Shown here: positions 27,149 through 40,941 of the stretch, piece after piece
Layout of the letters: each line of letters begins with the position of its first letter
How positions within the stretch are numbered: position 1 is the stretch's first letter
Assembly: GCA_008632985.1 (NCBI GenBank)
Contig: QPGO01000006.1
Location: 1-64,000, forward strand
DNA: 64,000 nt
Reading direction: 5' to 3'
Source of the DNA: Psammoneis japonica
Lineage: Eukaryota
Made by a program: the position numbers and the translations under genes
The notes under the pieces: model-generated
Seen by the model: only the letters and a program-made list of their open reading frames with translations
The model's database searches: none
What the model was told of the DNA's origin: nothing

Positions 27149-28439
27149 CATGGGATCCTTTGCAAGCCTATTGTTGTGGTTGCAACCTTCTCAGTGGAGT
27201 GGCCCAAAAAGGAAATTCATCTGGCTGACCATCTTTTTTGATGAAGTTGTGCCACAATCAGAAAGAGGCTTTCACAGTTTCAAGGTCAAGAGCTTGTGCC
27301 CACCAGCGGCTGCACTTGTTTTGTCAACCTTTTGGTTGCAGCATCTTTTGCAGCCCACAACCTTTGGTGGTGACAGCAGCTGCTCTCCCCTTCATTCATG
27401 TCTGTTGCAGGCTTGGTTGCTCAACAAGCCATGAGGCATCTGCAGCAAAGACCAAACAAAAGCAGAGCTGTGCATTGTTGGCAAAAATGTGGAGATTTGA
27501 ATGGCCATGCTTGTTCTTCCAACTGGCATTCCTCATGTGCAGAATGAAGTGGGTTGTTTAAGTCACTCTTTTGTTGCACAGCCACAAATGATGCAAACCA
27601 CAAGGCATCTTGAGCGAGGCCAAGGCAAAAGCAAAGCTGCACATCGTGGCAAACAACACATGGCAGATTGAGCAGTCATGCTTGCTCTTTCCTTTCACCT
27701 CTTTTGTGTGCAGTTGTGCAGTGGGTCATTTTCCTTCTCATGCAATGTGGCCACAAATGCAACCACCAGGGCTCCAAGCAATGGCCAGGGCAAAAATGGA
27801 GCTGCGCATGAGCAACGTCAATGTGGCTGATTTAATGGCAAAGTTTTTTTCCCTGCTCTTGCGCAAGGGGCCACATGGATGTCCATGGGACCAAAAGCAC
27901 ACCTGGCTAAAAAGGTTGATGCATGTTGCCGCACAATCCACTCAACCCCCCCTGAGCCCTTTCAGGTGTTCCAAGGTTTGTCCCAAAGCTTGCCTTGGTT
28001 GCTTGCAGTGGCTGCGGGTTGCCCAGAAAATGTCAGCAGAAATGTGCACGCACAAAACATGCAACAGATGACACAAAAAACAACCGCATCACATGCTGGC
28101 ACTGCAAGGTCCCACCTGGGACTGAAAAGCCTTGTTGCCAATGGCCGTTGGCATGAGAGACAACCTTCAAAAACTCTTCCTTTCTCAGCCACCTCAGTCA
28201 TCAGGGAGCCTCTTCCTCTTGTGGTCTGCTGCAATGACGGAACAGCACTCAGCCACAGTCTTGGTGCTGTTGAGCTTTGTGTGAGATGAGCAGTGGTCAG
28301 AAGATGATTGGGCTTGCATGTTGCACGCAAAACACACAGAAGCAAGATGAGTGCTTGTTGCTGCCCTTGTTTTTGGCCACTGCATTGAGAGACACCACGA
28401 AGGCCTTGGGGTGCTCAGCAGCCCGAGACCAAAGTGCTT

Positions 28440-29639
28440 GACTTTCCTTGGGGAGGCACGTCACTTCACTGGCAAGGAAAGCAGCAATGGCTGTTTTGGC
28501 TTGGTGGTTCTTGGAGCACATGACTGACCCCCCTGTTGTGGCAGCACTGCAGCACAGATTGAGCTCCCAGATTTGCCATGAACTCCTTCCCATTGTCTGC
28601 ATGGCTGGCCAGGGGGCAGCTGATCAAAGAGCAAAAGTGACAGAGCTCCTTGATCTCATGTGTGCAGCAATCTTTCAAAACCACTTTGAGCCACTTCATT
28701 GCCAGGGAGCTGGGGTCCTCTGGGCAGAGTTGGCAATGGCCTTTTTGTCAACCCACCAAGAGTCAATCTGGAAATCGTCCTGGAAACTGTGGCTCGTGAT
28801 GGGGGCTCAAGCCCCTCAAACTCTCACCACACAGATGTCTCTGTGTCTTGCTGCAATTGGGGCAAAGGCCAATGAAGTGAGAAACCAGCATCTCTGCAAC
28901 AGTGCAAAATTTCTTCCTAACTTGAGATGGCTTCACACCCCCGTGCCCATGGTGCTCCGCCACAGCATCAAAAGAAAACTGCTCAATGTGGACAACAACA
29001 AGCACCGACATCAAAGATCAATCCTCTCACCTTTCTTGATCCAGAAAAGCACATCATGGAAGAGGTTGTGGGTCTCCACCCAGCAACTCTGCTGTCAGGT
29101 GTGAGCTTGGTTGCCAAAAATTTGCAAAACTCCTTGGTGCTGAGCCCATCAGCACCCGCATGCCAGATCTTGATTGTGCAAACCTTCGTCTCTCACTCGG
29201 ATTGAAGCACAAGCTTGGGCCTTGTCCCAATCACAGCACTGTTGCAGCCATTGTCCATGACGCCAAACACAGCATTGTCAAAGGCCTCTCATTGATTTGT
29301 CTCCATTTGAAGATGCTCCTGACCTTGTCAGGAGAAGTTGCGACAGTGGTGTTGGAGTGGGAGGGAGGGACTCCTCTTGGCCAACAAAGTCAACAGAATG
29401 ACAGCAAGAGAGGAACAGCAAAAAGGCAAGAGAGGCAGATGGCCAAGGGTGCCATGTCTTGAGCCAGTCATCAATTCTTGAGAATCCGGTCACTGACAGA
29501 AGAAGGAACTCTTGCGAACCTGTGTGAGGCGGATTCCAGAAAATCCATGATTCACAAGAAATGGAATTTTGGAACCATTTTCACAAGATTCCATGCCGGG
29601 ATTCTCAAGAATCGCGGATTCACAAGAATCGTCGTAACA
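28440..29639 (-). mobile_element. Ginger/GIN-type (KRBA2/SCAND3-like) integrase transposon remnant with a putative terminus
   Basis: H2C2 zinc finger FDAVAEHHGHGG...LVSHFIGLCPNC and rve core LISCPLASHADNGKEF. Terminus reads TGTTACGAC on the minus strand at 29639, with ATTC[A/T]CAAGA sub-terminal repeats. Confidence 0.7.
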
Positions 29640-29921
29640 GATTGAAGATCCACGACAAGCCGTCTTACATGCACTCCACTAGTAGACCTATCTTCTTCGC
29701 CAATGATGCGATGGGGTGTCTGCTTTCCTTTTAGGAAGGTGGCGCGCGAGCAAAACTCCGACTGAGCAACACAGGAATTGGCCTTGACCCGCTTTTAAAT
29801 TTTTGCCGCGCAGAAAGCAGACCCCCAAAGGACCTAACAACAAAAATATCTGACAACAAAGTTTTCGATAGAATAGGACGCTGTACCAGCTTCTTATTTA
29901 CACAGTAGTATTTCGTGCAGT

Positions 29922-30974
29922 CTAACCCTTTCTTGACTGTTGAATAGTTTGTTTCGCTTCCTTTTCAGCTTGTGTTAATAGTTTTCCTTCTGCGAGTTTT
30001 TCCTTTCGTTCACTGTATCGATCCGTCAGGTCATCCGAAACCGGTGCCATGACGGCCGTAAACTTTGCAAATTCCTCTGCACAATCCACTACTCGGTTCC
30101 TAAAGTCACTGTCCTTCATTCGACCATCGTCCTCAAATTCCTTCCATGCTTTGGCCACGGAGCTTTGATTGGTACAACACGGCATTCTCATCCATCGTGC
30201 CAAGATACGCAAGGCATTGACTGCGTTAAACGACTGACTACCACCATTGACTTGCGCCACAAGGCACGTCTTGCCTTGGGTGGGTCGGACCGAGCCCGTG
30301 TTGAGCGGGATCCAATCAATCTGGTTTTTAAACACGCCCGTAATGGTCCCGTGCATTTCAGGACTGACCCATACATGACCATCCGACCAATGAGTCAGCG
30401 CTCTCAGTTCTTGGACCTTGGCATTCTCTTCCAACGACGGATCGCGTACCGGTAGGCCTCTTGGATTGTACACTCGCACGTCACACCCCAATGTTTCCAG
30501 CAAACGAGCGAATTCATACGCCAACTTGCGTGAGAAGGATGTAGGACGGAGAGAGCCATATAAAATCAGCAGCTTCGGTGCACGTCCAATGGGCATGTCG
30601 TGATAATTGCACTTTGTAATTGCGTCAGCAACCTCGTCTCGTATCCAACATGGCGAGTCTTCCAGATAAGCAGCTTGGTGTGCTAACCAACCACCGACAT
30701 GAGAGACAGCATCAGACTCGGTCGAATATCCCGGATGATCAAGACTGGCGAAAGCTTCCTTGTCGTCTCCAGACCACAGATTTGCATCCACCAATGTTTC
30801 GATCTTCTTTTCGTCGTCCGACATGATTGTGTTTTTCTGTCTGTGCGTTGAGGAGGCGTAGTATGAAAATTTAGTGGACGATCTTGTGGCTGCAGCAAAA
30901 GGCGCGTAAGTTGCGGTGTAGGCAACACGAATAGAGGATAATGCAATCGTCCAACGGCTTGCTAGCTTGTGCAT
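29922..30974 (-). CDS. arsH: Arsenical resistance protein ArsH (NADPH-dependent FMN reductase) with N-terminal extension
   Basis: [79 protein letters not shown] and DRYSERKE. Confidence 0.95.
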   Translation of the reverse strand: MHKLASRWTIALSSIRVAYTATYAPFAAATRSSTKFSYYASSTHRQKNTIMSDDEKKIETLVDANLWSGDDKEAFASLDHPGYSTESDAVSHVGGWLAHQAAYLEDSPCWIRDEVADAITKCNYHDMPIGRAPKLLILYGSLRPTSFSRKLAYEFARLLETLGCDVRVYNPRGLPVRDPSLEENAKVQELRALTHWSDGHVWVSPEMHGTITGVFKNQIDWIPLNTGSVRPTQGKTCLVAQVNGGSQSFNAVNALRILARWMRMPCCTNQSSVAKAWKEFEDDGRMKDSDFRNRVVDCAEEFAKFTAVMAPVSDDLTDRYSERKEKLAEGKLLTQAEKEAKQTIQQSRKG

Positions 30975-31142
30975 CGCATTGCAAAGCGGCGAGCTCCTGT
31001 TTTTATTGTGCTTCCATCGTTGGTCGTCGGAGGATCAAAAAATCGTCGAAATCGCGGCGGCATATTTGCGCATGCGCCACGTCATCAAAGTGAGAAACAT
31101 GATGACGTCATCTCCGGGTGCTGTTTTGGCCCAACACCAACT

Positions 31143-31219
31143 CTAAGCTAGCTCTAGCTACCGGTAGAGAGAGAGTCTACTCTAGCTAGAGTAGAGCTAG
31201 CTAGCTAGCTAGAGAGGGA

Positions 31220-31259
<40 letters not shown>

Positions 31260-31318
31260 CTAGAGCTAGTAAAGACTACCGGTAAGGTATTTCGGAGATA
31301 TCTACTAGCTCTAGATTA
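31143..31318. repeat. CTAG/TAG-rich tract with a (GA)n microsatellite
   Basis: Read directly. Confidence 0.85.
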
Positions 31319-31516
31319 TCAGCAAAAATGACAAGACAAACAAGATAATCCTAACAGGGTGATATAGAGTTTGTGTACAAACTGTCTTGGATAGAAACTA
31401 CAACACCTTCGTGGCTATCCTAGTAAATGCGACCGATGAGTTACAGTTTGATCGTCATGTAAAATATGTAAACATATGCCCCGAATGCTAAACTTCCAAC
31501 GTCTCTCTTTTTTCTC

Positions 31517-34484
31517 TTAATAACACGTGGTACAACAGGCGCACTCAACACTACCACCGGCGTCACAGTCGGCCGTCAACGTGTCAAGGTTAATTTCGCA
31601 TATTTCGGAAGGAACCGATCCAGTGATAAGGTTTCCGTCAAGTTCTAGTATTTCTACAAGAAGAAACAAGTAAAGGGAAATCAATGAGAAACACCTTTGA
31701 CGGAAAAAGGCTTTTGCTTTCTGTGATAAACCACATACCTAGAGTCACCAATTGTCCCAACTCTGACGGCACATTCCCGGTTAGTGAATTCGAAAAGAAT
31801 GTCAATTGCTCTATGGATTTGAACATGAACGAAATGCAATGAGATGCACATAAAATAAAAACAATATCAAGCATATGGGTGTACAGAGTCATTCAAGAAG
31901 CTTACCGATACTCTGTAGTGAGCCAAGCTCTGGCGGAATTGGTCCACTTAATCCACATTCGGATGCCGAAAACACGGCTGCAAAAAGACATTGCGTAGAA
32001 CCAAACAATTAAGCATGAGCAGAGAGATCCAAGCGGAAGCAATAGAAAGATATTAAAGCAAGCTCGTACTTACCCAGAGTGTCAAGCATTGACAGTGATG
32101 AAGGTATGGGCCCTACTAAGTCTGGATTTTCGTTGACCCATATCTCGGCTGGAGCGAAGACATTGGAAACAGTTTGCATGAGAAAGTATTTGAATTGGAC
32201 AAAAGTACAGATGCATATTGTAACCTACCAATTTGTCCAGTTCCCATTAAATCAATAAAGGAAAGATCTCCGTCAATCAGAGCGTCTTCTATGTAAAGGA
32301 ATTCTGTTGTTGAAAGAGAGACAAAGCGCATAGTTAGGCCCTGAATTACATATAACATGTAAGAAACTTGAGCGTGCATTCAACCCGTTTCACTCACGGA
32401 GACTTGGAAGTCTGGCAATTTCTGGAGGAACAGGAGAGTTATACTGGTTCCCACTCAATACGAGATACTCTGGGGCAGTAAAAAGCAAACCATAGTTGAG
32501 GTAAACATTGTTTGTCTGGAACGAGCAACACAACCATTTTGGGACTTACCCATTCTGTTCATGTTGGTAAAAATGCTTCCGTCAAGTTCACCGTACATGT
32601 AGGTATAGGAAACATCCAAATCGACTGCGGGATACATACAGTGTGAGCGAGATCTGGTTGGTGGCGATACGTGTGAAGGTCAAGTCTTGAACTTACCAAG
32701 ATCAGTGAGTTGGCTGATTCCCGGAGGAATGCCATTGTATTCAAAGCTCGTGTCCCCCAACATAAGATAATCTGTAGAGATCAGAATGCGCAAAGTCTCA
32801 TGAGAATTAGAAAACAAATATTGAGTTGAGTACATTGAGAGCAACGAAACAAGATATACGCACTGAGATTGGTGAGCTCCCCCAAGAAACTCGTCCCCTC
32901 TTCGCCTAAGTTGTGAAGCAGCATGTTGTCAAACACGTCAAGCCCAATCAACTTCTCCTTCAGAATTACAATCTCGGATGGAAAGCTTCCAGTCATATTA
33001 TTTGAATACAAGTCAACCGAAATGACACTGTCTTCGTCGTCGCAATTGATACCAAACCAATCACATTCGCTTTCGTTGGTTAGCCAGTTGGTTTCAACTC
33101 CCCATGGATCGACATTTGCATTGCCGGTAACAGCGTTTGGAACACCATTCGTGGCGTAGTAGATGCAAGCCAACACGTAGCGCTGCAATTTTCTCTCAGT
33201 AGAAATTTCCTCTGAACTATCATTTAACCACGCCAATGCGATTGACTGATAGCTTGACGGATCATCAAATTCAACCCCTCCGGTTCTTGATAAAGATTTT
33301 AGCAGGTCAACTAGAACTTCCTCCGTATCTTCCTCCACAGTACCAGTTGGCGCACTGGTACTCACAGGAGCTACGGACGGCGGCGGCATCATCGTAGGAG
33401 ACAACGTTACCTTTATTGTAGGCGTGGCCGTTGCACCAGCCGTAGGAACTTCAGTTCGGGGTTTAGTGGCCACTGTCGTTGGTGTTGCCGTTGCGTCTCC
33501 AGTAGTAGAAGCCACGGTGGGCGAAACAGTTTGGGGTTCAGTGGCCACTGCCGTTGGTGTTGCCGTTGCGTCTCCAGTAGTAGAAACCACGGTGGGCGAA
33601 ACAGTTTGAGGTACTGCTGAGTCTGGAACTGGTGCATCTGAAGCAGGAGTTACAGTCGGAGGAGTAGCTGGAGGCGAAGGCCACCAGTTGGTATCGGGTG
33701 GGGCATTTGTCGGCCCGGTCGGTGCATATGTTGGCCCGGGTGAGGGGGCGGGTGTTGGATCCAGCGTAAAAGAAGCAGCTGGAAATGAGGTTGCTGCAAC
33801 GGTTGTAGAAGCCACGGTGGGAGATGCAGTTTGAGGCAATCCAGAGTCTGGCACTGGTGCATCAGAAGAGGGAGCTATCGTCGGAGGTGCGGCATCTGGC
33901 ATGGCATTTGTCGGCCCGGGTGTGGGCATTATTGATGGAGCTAGGGTTGGAGTCATCGTAAAAGGCGTCGTTGGAAATGTTGTTTCTGTCTCTACGTCCG
34001 GAAGGGGCTCATCAGGCTCCTCCGGTCTATCTCCGGGTCCGACGTCCTGGTCATCCCCATATGGACCCGTCGGAAGCCCATTGTCTGGGTTAGAGCCCGC
34101 GGGAGGCTTGCTCGGCTTTTTCTTTTTCTTGGGCACATTGTTCTTAAACCATGGTCCGAATCTAAATTTCTTCGGCTTTTTGAGGGGAGGATTGGCAGGG
34201 TGAAAAAAGTCAGGTCCGTCGTAATATCCGTCGTGTGAGTCCGTGACAGCCCAAGTGTACTGTGCGGCTTTCTTTTGTTTCTTCGCTCGTCTCTGCACAA
34301 GATTTCCACTTTTCCCTCGCAAATGAGACCTTTCATTCACAAGTCCTCGTTTTCCTTTGTAACCTCCGGCATTCTCCCTGCTGGCTTTGCGAGCGAACTT
34401 GTTGTTACCAGTCAACGCTGGCACCGCATCGCTTTTGCCACAAAGAAGAAATAGGAAGGCAATCAATATTGTTGCCTTCATCAT
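31517..34484 (-). CDS. Secreted leucine-rich-repeat protein with Pro/Thr-rich stalk, about 9 exons
   Basis: Signal peptide, P/T-rich region with a 75-bp duplication, QRYVLACIYYATNG, WLTNESECDWFGINC cap, about one LRR per short exon, C-terminal TADCD...VECACCTTCY*. Eight GT-AG introns between about 31654 and 32863. Confidence 0.88.
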
Positions 34485-34819
34485 TGCCGCTCTCTTGCTC
34501 CTACTTCAGAATTTCAACTGGTGTTGGAGTGTGTCTTGTATTGTGTGGGCCTTTCCCCTTTCCCATCCAAACGTTGGATGTCGACGAAAATGTGACATTA
34601 TTTTTTTTGTCATCCGTTGAATTTTAATGAGTGTATTAAGAAGATGTATATATCATTGATAGAAATACACTATTCATCATTATAAAACGAATTGGGTTTT
34701 TGAATTTTAAAAAAGGTCGACAAAGATAAAAGAAACCTACGTCAATGAAATTGTGGTGATGCAGTTTTTCCAACGCACAACGCACGCGTACTTTCATCGC
34801 ACTGTACCGTGCAGCACTG

Positions 34820-36760
34820 CCACCCTTAAAACAGAATGTTGTGATGTGAGGTGTGCGATTGAGGATGATTCAAACCACACTGGACACCACCTCCTTGCTC
34901 TGCCGCATTCGAGCAAACAAGCTTCATTGATTGGTGGTGTCTCCTGCACTCTCTGTTGTTGGCCAAAAACCACAAGCAGCGATGTGCCAAGCACCTGGAA
35001 CAGAGCAATCACAACTCAGCTGGCCCTTGCCATTTGCAAGTTTTTCTGACTCATCAGCAAAACAATGAGTCCCGGTCCTGCACATCTTGTTTTTCACTTG
35101 ATCCCAACTTTGACTTGCTCCACAGACACTTGGGTGTGCACACGCATGAAAAATGCCCCTTTTTTTGCACACAAAACATGTGGTCCAACATTTCAGCACA
35201 ATTTTCAACAGTCAAAACACAACAATTTCCAAATGCACTGTTGTGAACATGTGCAGAAAGGTCTCATGCATGTGAAACTGAGGGTGGACAAAGTCATTGT
35301 GTGGCAGCTGAATTGTGCATGTCAATGTGAGAGCTTGGTTTTCCGATGAGCAATTTGCTTGTGGCCACACTCACATGCAAACAAAAATGCAAAATAATTT
35401 TTTTGCACACAAATCAACTCTTCAATGATGCCAAATGAAGTTTTGTTAGAATGCACAAACACAGGTTGCTCTCAACAGAGCAAGCAAAACACACGCAGAT
35501 GAACAAGATGTGAAAAGAAATGAAGCTCATTTCTCACACAATGAATTTTGGACCATCTTTCATGTTTTGTCTGCACAAATGACTGAAACACTTGCATCAG
35601 CTGATGATGTGAAGAACAAACACATGGCAATGGAAAAAATGTTTGCCCTTGGAGGCTGGCCATGAGCAAAATGAGAGGACCAGTCATGATTGTTGGCGAC
35701 AGATTTGTCTTCTTGTGCTGTGCTGCACTGCCTGTGACAAGCACTTTCATCACTGCCATCAATGACTCAGACTGCCCAAAACCACACGGTTGAAAAAAGC
35801 AGGCTGTCATGGTCACTGAAAGCCACCGCCATTTTGGCTGTTGGTTTGCTTGGATTTCATCTGTTCATTTTGCTCTCGCAAGCTGCTGGTGCACCCATGA
35901 AACATTTTTGTGTGTGTGAAGAGGGGGACACCTGCACACCACCCAAGTCTGGAACAAGTCCTTTGTTCTCATGAATGCTCAGCAGGTTGGTTGTTTTGGC
36001 TGTCACAGGCAAACCCTGCATTTGTCTGCAGCCTTTAAAATTGTTTTTGTTGGCTCAAATGGAAAGACACATCTTCTGCCCTGTTCAACATGATGCTGCA
36101 AATTGAGTCTGCCACAACTGAATCTGCTCCCAACAGCCACAACAATCCTTGTGAGGTGTTCCATCATCCAAGTCAATGCTGGTTGCATGTTTTTGAGTGG
36201 AAACATCACAGATTTGAACAACCTGACTCATCATTGTGATCCATTGCCCATTGTGGATCATGCTGCATGACACAAGTGGTTGCTGTGGAGCATCTGATGT
36301 TCAACATCGCCCCAACAGCACATGACAATTGGGGCAGCTTCTGCGACAGGGGTTCATTGTTCAACACTGCAAACGACAAAGAACGCGTGCTGGAGGGCAA
36401 GCTTCAAAGCACGGCCTGTGTGCTGCTGTCCACGACATCAATTCATCTCATTTCCAAAAATGCCGAGCACTTGCAATTCACAACATCGGGAATCCGAGTC
36501 CTGGATGAGCCATCTTTCCGATGCTGTGGGTTGTGGAGCAATGACTTGGCCCTCTGTGTGCACAAGCTTTCTGTGCCAGAAGTCCTCGTCAGCATTGCTC
36601 TCATTCTGCTTGACGGCATTGTGCGACACCAGCAGTCCTTTTGGCCAAAACAAGGCACAGAAAGAATGCATGGCAATGACACCAAAGACAAAAGGAAGAA
36701 GCAAGGTGCAAAGAATGATGACACATGTCCGAAGGGATTGTGCTAAGGGCTGGCATGAGC
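34820..36760. mobile_element. Degenerate TpA-depleted repeat block
   Basis: Near absence of TA; shares a dispersed repeat with 22640-22980. No family identified. Confidence 0.55.
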
Positions 36761-37112
36761 GCGCGTAAATGTGAAGTGATCTCGGGATTTACCCAGGTTG
36801 CATCGTGCTGCACCGCGGAAAAAATGCCGGCCAATGCGACGATGACACGCAGACGTCTATAACTTTTGCTAGTGAGCATGTTCGCTCCATGTAACTGGTT
36901 CTTAGGCTTTACATATGTGCCAATAAAGCATCACAGCGTGTAAGGCAACCGAGAAGGAAAGAAGGGGTTTACCTTTCAAGACTGTACATCTGCCGCTGTC
37001 AAAGTTGTGAATACTGCGCCTGCCAATCCGACTTTGGTCAAGACCCCCCAAACCCTGCTCATGTGGCACCAATCTTTTAGACTGCACTGCAAGTTGAACA
37101 TCCACTCGCGAA

Positions 37113-39420
37113 ATGGAAAGCGCACTAACCAACAGTCTTTCAAGCTTTCCCTCATTTGAAACTGGAAGCAAAGCGAGTGCTCGATCGATGGAATACTTCA
37201 AAACGGCCTTTCTAGACCGTGTGTACGAAGAGATCAAGAACGATGACCCGGAACCAGCGGGTAGTGATGATGAATCGGAAGAAGAACAAGAAGAGACCGA
37301 ACAAGAAGAGACCGATCAAGCAGAAGAGACTGAACAAGAAGAGCGAAGGAAGGAAGTATTAGCACACTTTGGAATGACAGCACTCTGTCACTCTACTGTA
37401 GTTCGCTGACTTGCGTACCTCAGCTACCGCCATCAACCGACCGTTCGAAACTGCTGCTGCGACAAGCATGAGAGTCCTGAGAATGTGAGAGCTCGTAAAA
37501 AGTTCATTGAATGGTTTACAGAACATGAAACGCTTATGCCAATGTGGGTGCAACTTACCGAATTTGAAATATCCAATGCCAAGAGCAAGGTTCCCAAGGC
37601 CCGACACAGTTTTGTACGCGAGGACGGCGAGACCTGCAAGGAATTCTTCGTGCTCGACGATGTGGCTGCCTTGCTGCCACTATGCAAGCCCCAGGTTTTT
37701 AAAGACGTCGAGTTTACCTGTGGCTTCTCAATTCGAAAAGACCCGACCAAGCGACCTTTGATAACAGTGGGCCAAGATGAAGCTATTGTAAACCAGTATA
37801 CTTTTTCAAGCCGTGCATGGCATCATTCGAAAGGCAGCGCAATCATTCGGCCGAAAAAATCTTGGGGACGGCATCATGCTGAGCGCACTTACTGTCTTTG
37901 TAACCGGCTTCGGAGGAGCAGATTTGCCGGAAATCACGCCGACCGTCCTTGCTCGCATCAATGAGTATCGATTAGGAGCAAGTAGCGAGTATTTGGACAA
38001 AGAAAGAGCGATGGAAGTTAGAAGCACAATGAAGAAGAAGCAGTTTGAAACCGCAGATGAAATTCGAGCCGTTTTTCTTACCAAGTTTCGTCACGGAAAA
38101 GAGAGACACGGATACTGGAATAATACACATGCAGTGGTCTAGACAGAGGACGTTGTAGACTGCCTTCGTGGCTTCTACCCTGGATTTCATTTCGCGCTTC
38201 TGTACGATCAAAGTTCGGGACATGCCAAGAAACGACCCGAGTCTTTGAATGTTAGTGTCATGAATGGCGGTTTCGGAGGGAGTCAGCCACTTATGCGAGA
38301 CACGCTACTTACAGAAGAGATGTTAGGACCTTTCATTGACAACATCGAGGTACCTTCCGACGGTGGCTTGAAGGTTGGCGACTATCAAGCCTTCACTTTT
38401 CCAAAGAATTCGACCGACCCAAGTTTGGACGGTCAAAAGGCTCTCAGCAAGGAAGAGCGAATTGAAAAGCAGTATCCAAAGCCTTTGCCTCCAAAGCAGG
38501 GAAAGAGGCGAAAGAAGGAAGATCTCAAACGAGATTTAGTCGCACGGAAGGTCGTCAGCGACGATAGCAAAATGAAACTAGGCAAACTCCAGCAACTCGC
38601 TCACGAATGTGAACCTCCAATCCCAACACACGAGCCTGCCACCTCAAGAGCAACTAAACGACCGCGTACCAAGCCAGAACTCTTCGCTGAGTTGCTTGAG
38701 AAGGGGTTAATCCAGCCGAATCGCCGGGCGTAAACTTGAAGAACTGCAGGATGTTGCTCGGCAAGCCAACATTCCAATCGAGAAAGACTTCGTCCCGATG
38801 ACTAATAGCTGGGATGGCGCCCCAAAAGGCATTTTACAGATATTGTACGAGACTGGTTGGATAGATCCTGAGTAGAAAGATCAGTGTAGGGTCACCGCAC
38901 CAAAGGAATTGTTAGATGCTTAGGGAAACGTCAAGCCAGAGTACCGAGACTATGTACTTACCGATTTGCTTGCGCGGCGCCGAGACATTGCAGATGAGCT
39001 AACAGCACTCGAGACACTTGTAAGCGAGATATCAGATGAAAGTTTACGGCCGCGGAGGAGCACCGCAACTTTACCAAGTGTGTTGATGCAGCATTAGCCG
39101 CTACAGCTGCTTGAAAAGACACTATAAGAAAGTATGCCGGACATGTGTATGGACAGATGATGGCTTATCGGGCGATTGCGGAGGAACAAGGCATGACGCG
39201 TCGGTGTCCTTCCAGCTTGCGGAGAAATTTCTCCGCAAGCATGAGTGCCACCGCTGTTCTGCCGATCAGGAAGGATCCCTGATCAAACAGGACGTGTCTG
39301 TAGCATTGAATGACCAGCAAAAAATGTTTGTGCAAAAGCGCACTGTCAGACAAACAGCATCAGACAACAATCGCAGTGTCGGTCCAGCTAGCTCCACTTA
39401 CCATGGATACACAAACTCCC
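37113..39420 (+). mobile_element. Disrupted DDE transposase-like gene (IS630/Tc1-like)
   Basis: PLITVGQDEAIVNQY; LGDGIMLSA; GYWNNTHAVV*TEDVVDCL; LLYDQSSGHAKKRPESLNVSVMNGGFGGSQPLMRDT; WDGAPKGILQILYETGWID; EKFLRKHECHR. Several stops and frameshifts; TIRs not found. Confidence 0.7.
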
Positions 39421-40512
39421 GTCAATGTCAGTGCTTGTTTTGATTCATAATCCACTAGAACAGGACAGACAAATGATTTTGCTGACAACAACAAGAAGAA
39501 TTCTTAGGGTTTCTTGTTTGTCTTGGAGGAAACACAAAATGAGCAAAGGTGCGTCTTGGGGTGCTGGCGCGCCGCTGGGTGCGTCTTCAATTTGTGCAAC
39601 TCGCTGACACCTCGTCACCACAAATTATGGACTGACGACAACCCTAGATTGATAAGGTTCAAGTCATTCTCGTCCTTCTCTGTGGATCCGAAAGGCCACA
39701 AGAAACAAAATTAAGACACCGCCTACATTGGAAAGATGGAGACGGAGAATAACATTGTTAGTTTGTAAATCCTCATACCAGTACTGTAAATGCATGATGC
39801 ATCAATACTGCTTAAATGTAAACACACCTTTTGTGCACAACCTTCAGAAGTAAACTGCACAAGATTCCAGCCTGCTAGCTCGCATTCCAATCGCAGACTC
39901 TCCACGCCACCAAGTTTTACCCCAGTTTTCGGTCCCCGAACGAGGGAGTACTACTAACCGGCACTCGGCAAGGTCATGGACGTTTATACCCAACCCATTG
40001 AGCATAATAAGTGTCATTCTTCGTGATGTTATCAACTGTAGCTTGCTTGGTTCGGTCCAAAAGGGAGCGTAGGCCACACCACAGACACGTTCCGATACAA
40101 GAAAGATTGTTAATTGAAATGAAATGGTGTCAATGCCGATGCGAAACTATCAGCCATTGTTCGTCCTTGGGGGTGATACATTGCCCCATATCCTCTATAT
40201 ATGAGTGATAAAGACGAGCATATCAAAGAAAACGAGTGAGATAGTGAAACAAAAGCGCAATACAATTCGATCGCGACAGAGAGCGATAATGAGTATCGAC
40301 TCGTGGTGTCAAGACAAAATCCATTTTTCATCTTACAATTGGTCGATAACCTTCAAACAAGCAATGCATATTCATTCTATATGACAGTAAGGACTAGTAG
40401 ATAGCGTTGGTATTGTTGAAAGGATCGGAAAATGCCTAATAAGCCGCTCCGATTATTCTCATGGTGTGTGCTGTTTCGAGCTTGAGCCGCGCGCTCATCG
40501 CTCATCGCTCAT

Positions 40513-40553
40513 CGGATGAGTCACGAGTGTGTGCCGGATGAGTCACGAGTGTG
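40513..40553 (-). promoter_or_regulatory. Tandem duplicated TGACTCATCCG motif (22-bp spacing) about 400 bp upstream of the aldehyde dehydrogenase
   Basis: cggatgagtcacgagtgtg occurs twice. Confidence 0.45.
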
Positions 40554-40941
40554 AGCCCACGCCACCCGGCCTGAAGGTTTGCTGGCGGGAAGGACAGACG
40601 CAAAATCTTCGGATGCACTTCACGTACAGTATTTTGTACCAGGAATGCCGTAGGTACCTTTACTACATACGACATTCTTGAAGTGACGCACATTGAGAAC
40701 CCGGATTTGTGTATCTTGCACAAGATCGCCTTTCTGTGCAACGAACATGCAACAAAACCTCTTCCATCTTTCTGAAAGGTCGCCTTGCTGTGCATTTATT
40801 GTTTGTAGTTGCCCTCGTCCTTTTGGAACGTCTCATAAAAGCAACAAACGGCTTACAGCATCACTTTTCACAGGTGAAGCTCCACAAAAAAGCTCATCAT
40901 CAGAATTATTATTGTTACTGATACTTCTCATCGCCTCCACC

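Larger units (their letters stand above)
19957..29639. mobile_element. Nested, heavily mutated TE/satellite block (TpA- and largely CpG-depleted)
   Basis: Contains copia RT and Ginger-like integrase remnants, two satellites and internal duplications. Sharp compositional borders at both ends. Confidence 0.8.

Noticed and set aside
15319..29639. TGTTACGAC at 15319 as the partner TIR of the terminus at 29639
   Set aside because: Only 9 bp match, no sub-terminal repeats, no TSD, and ordinary genes lie between; compatible with chance.
19957..29639. Whole block as one TG...CA element
   Set aside because: The flanks (acctg / gattg) are not a TSD and the interior mixes unrelated TE types.
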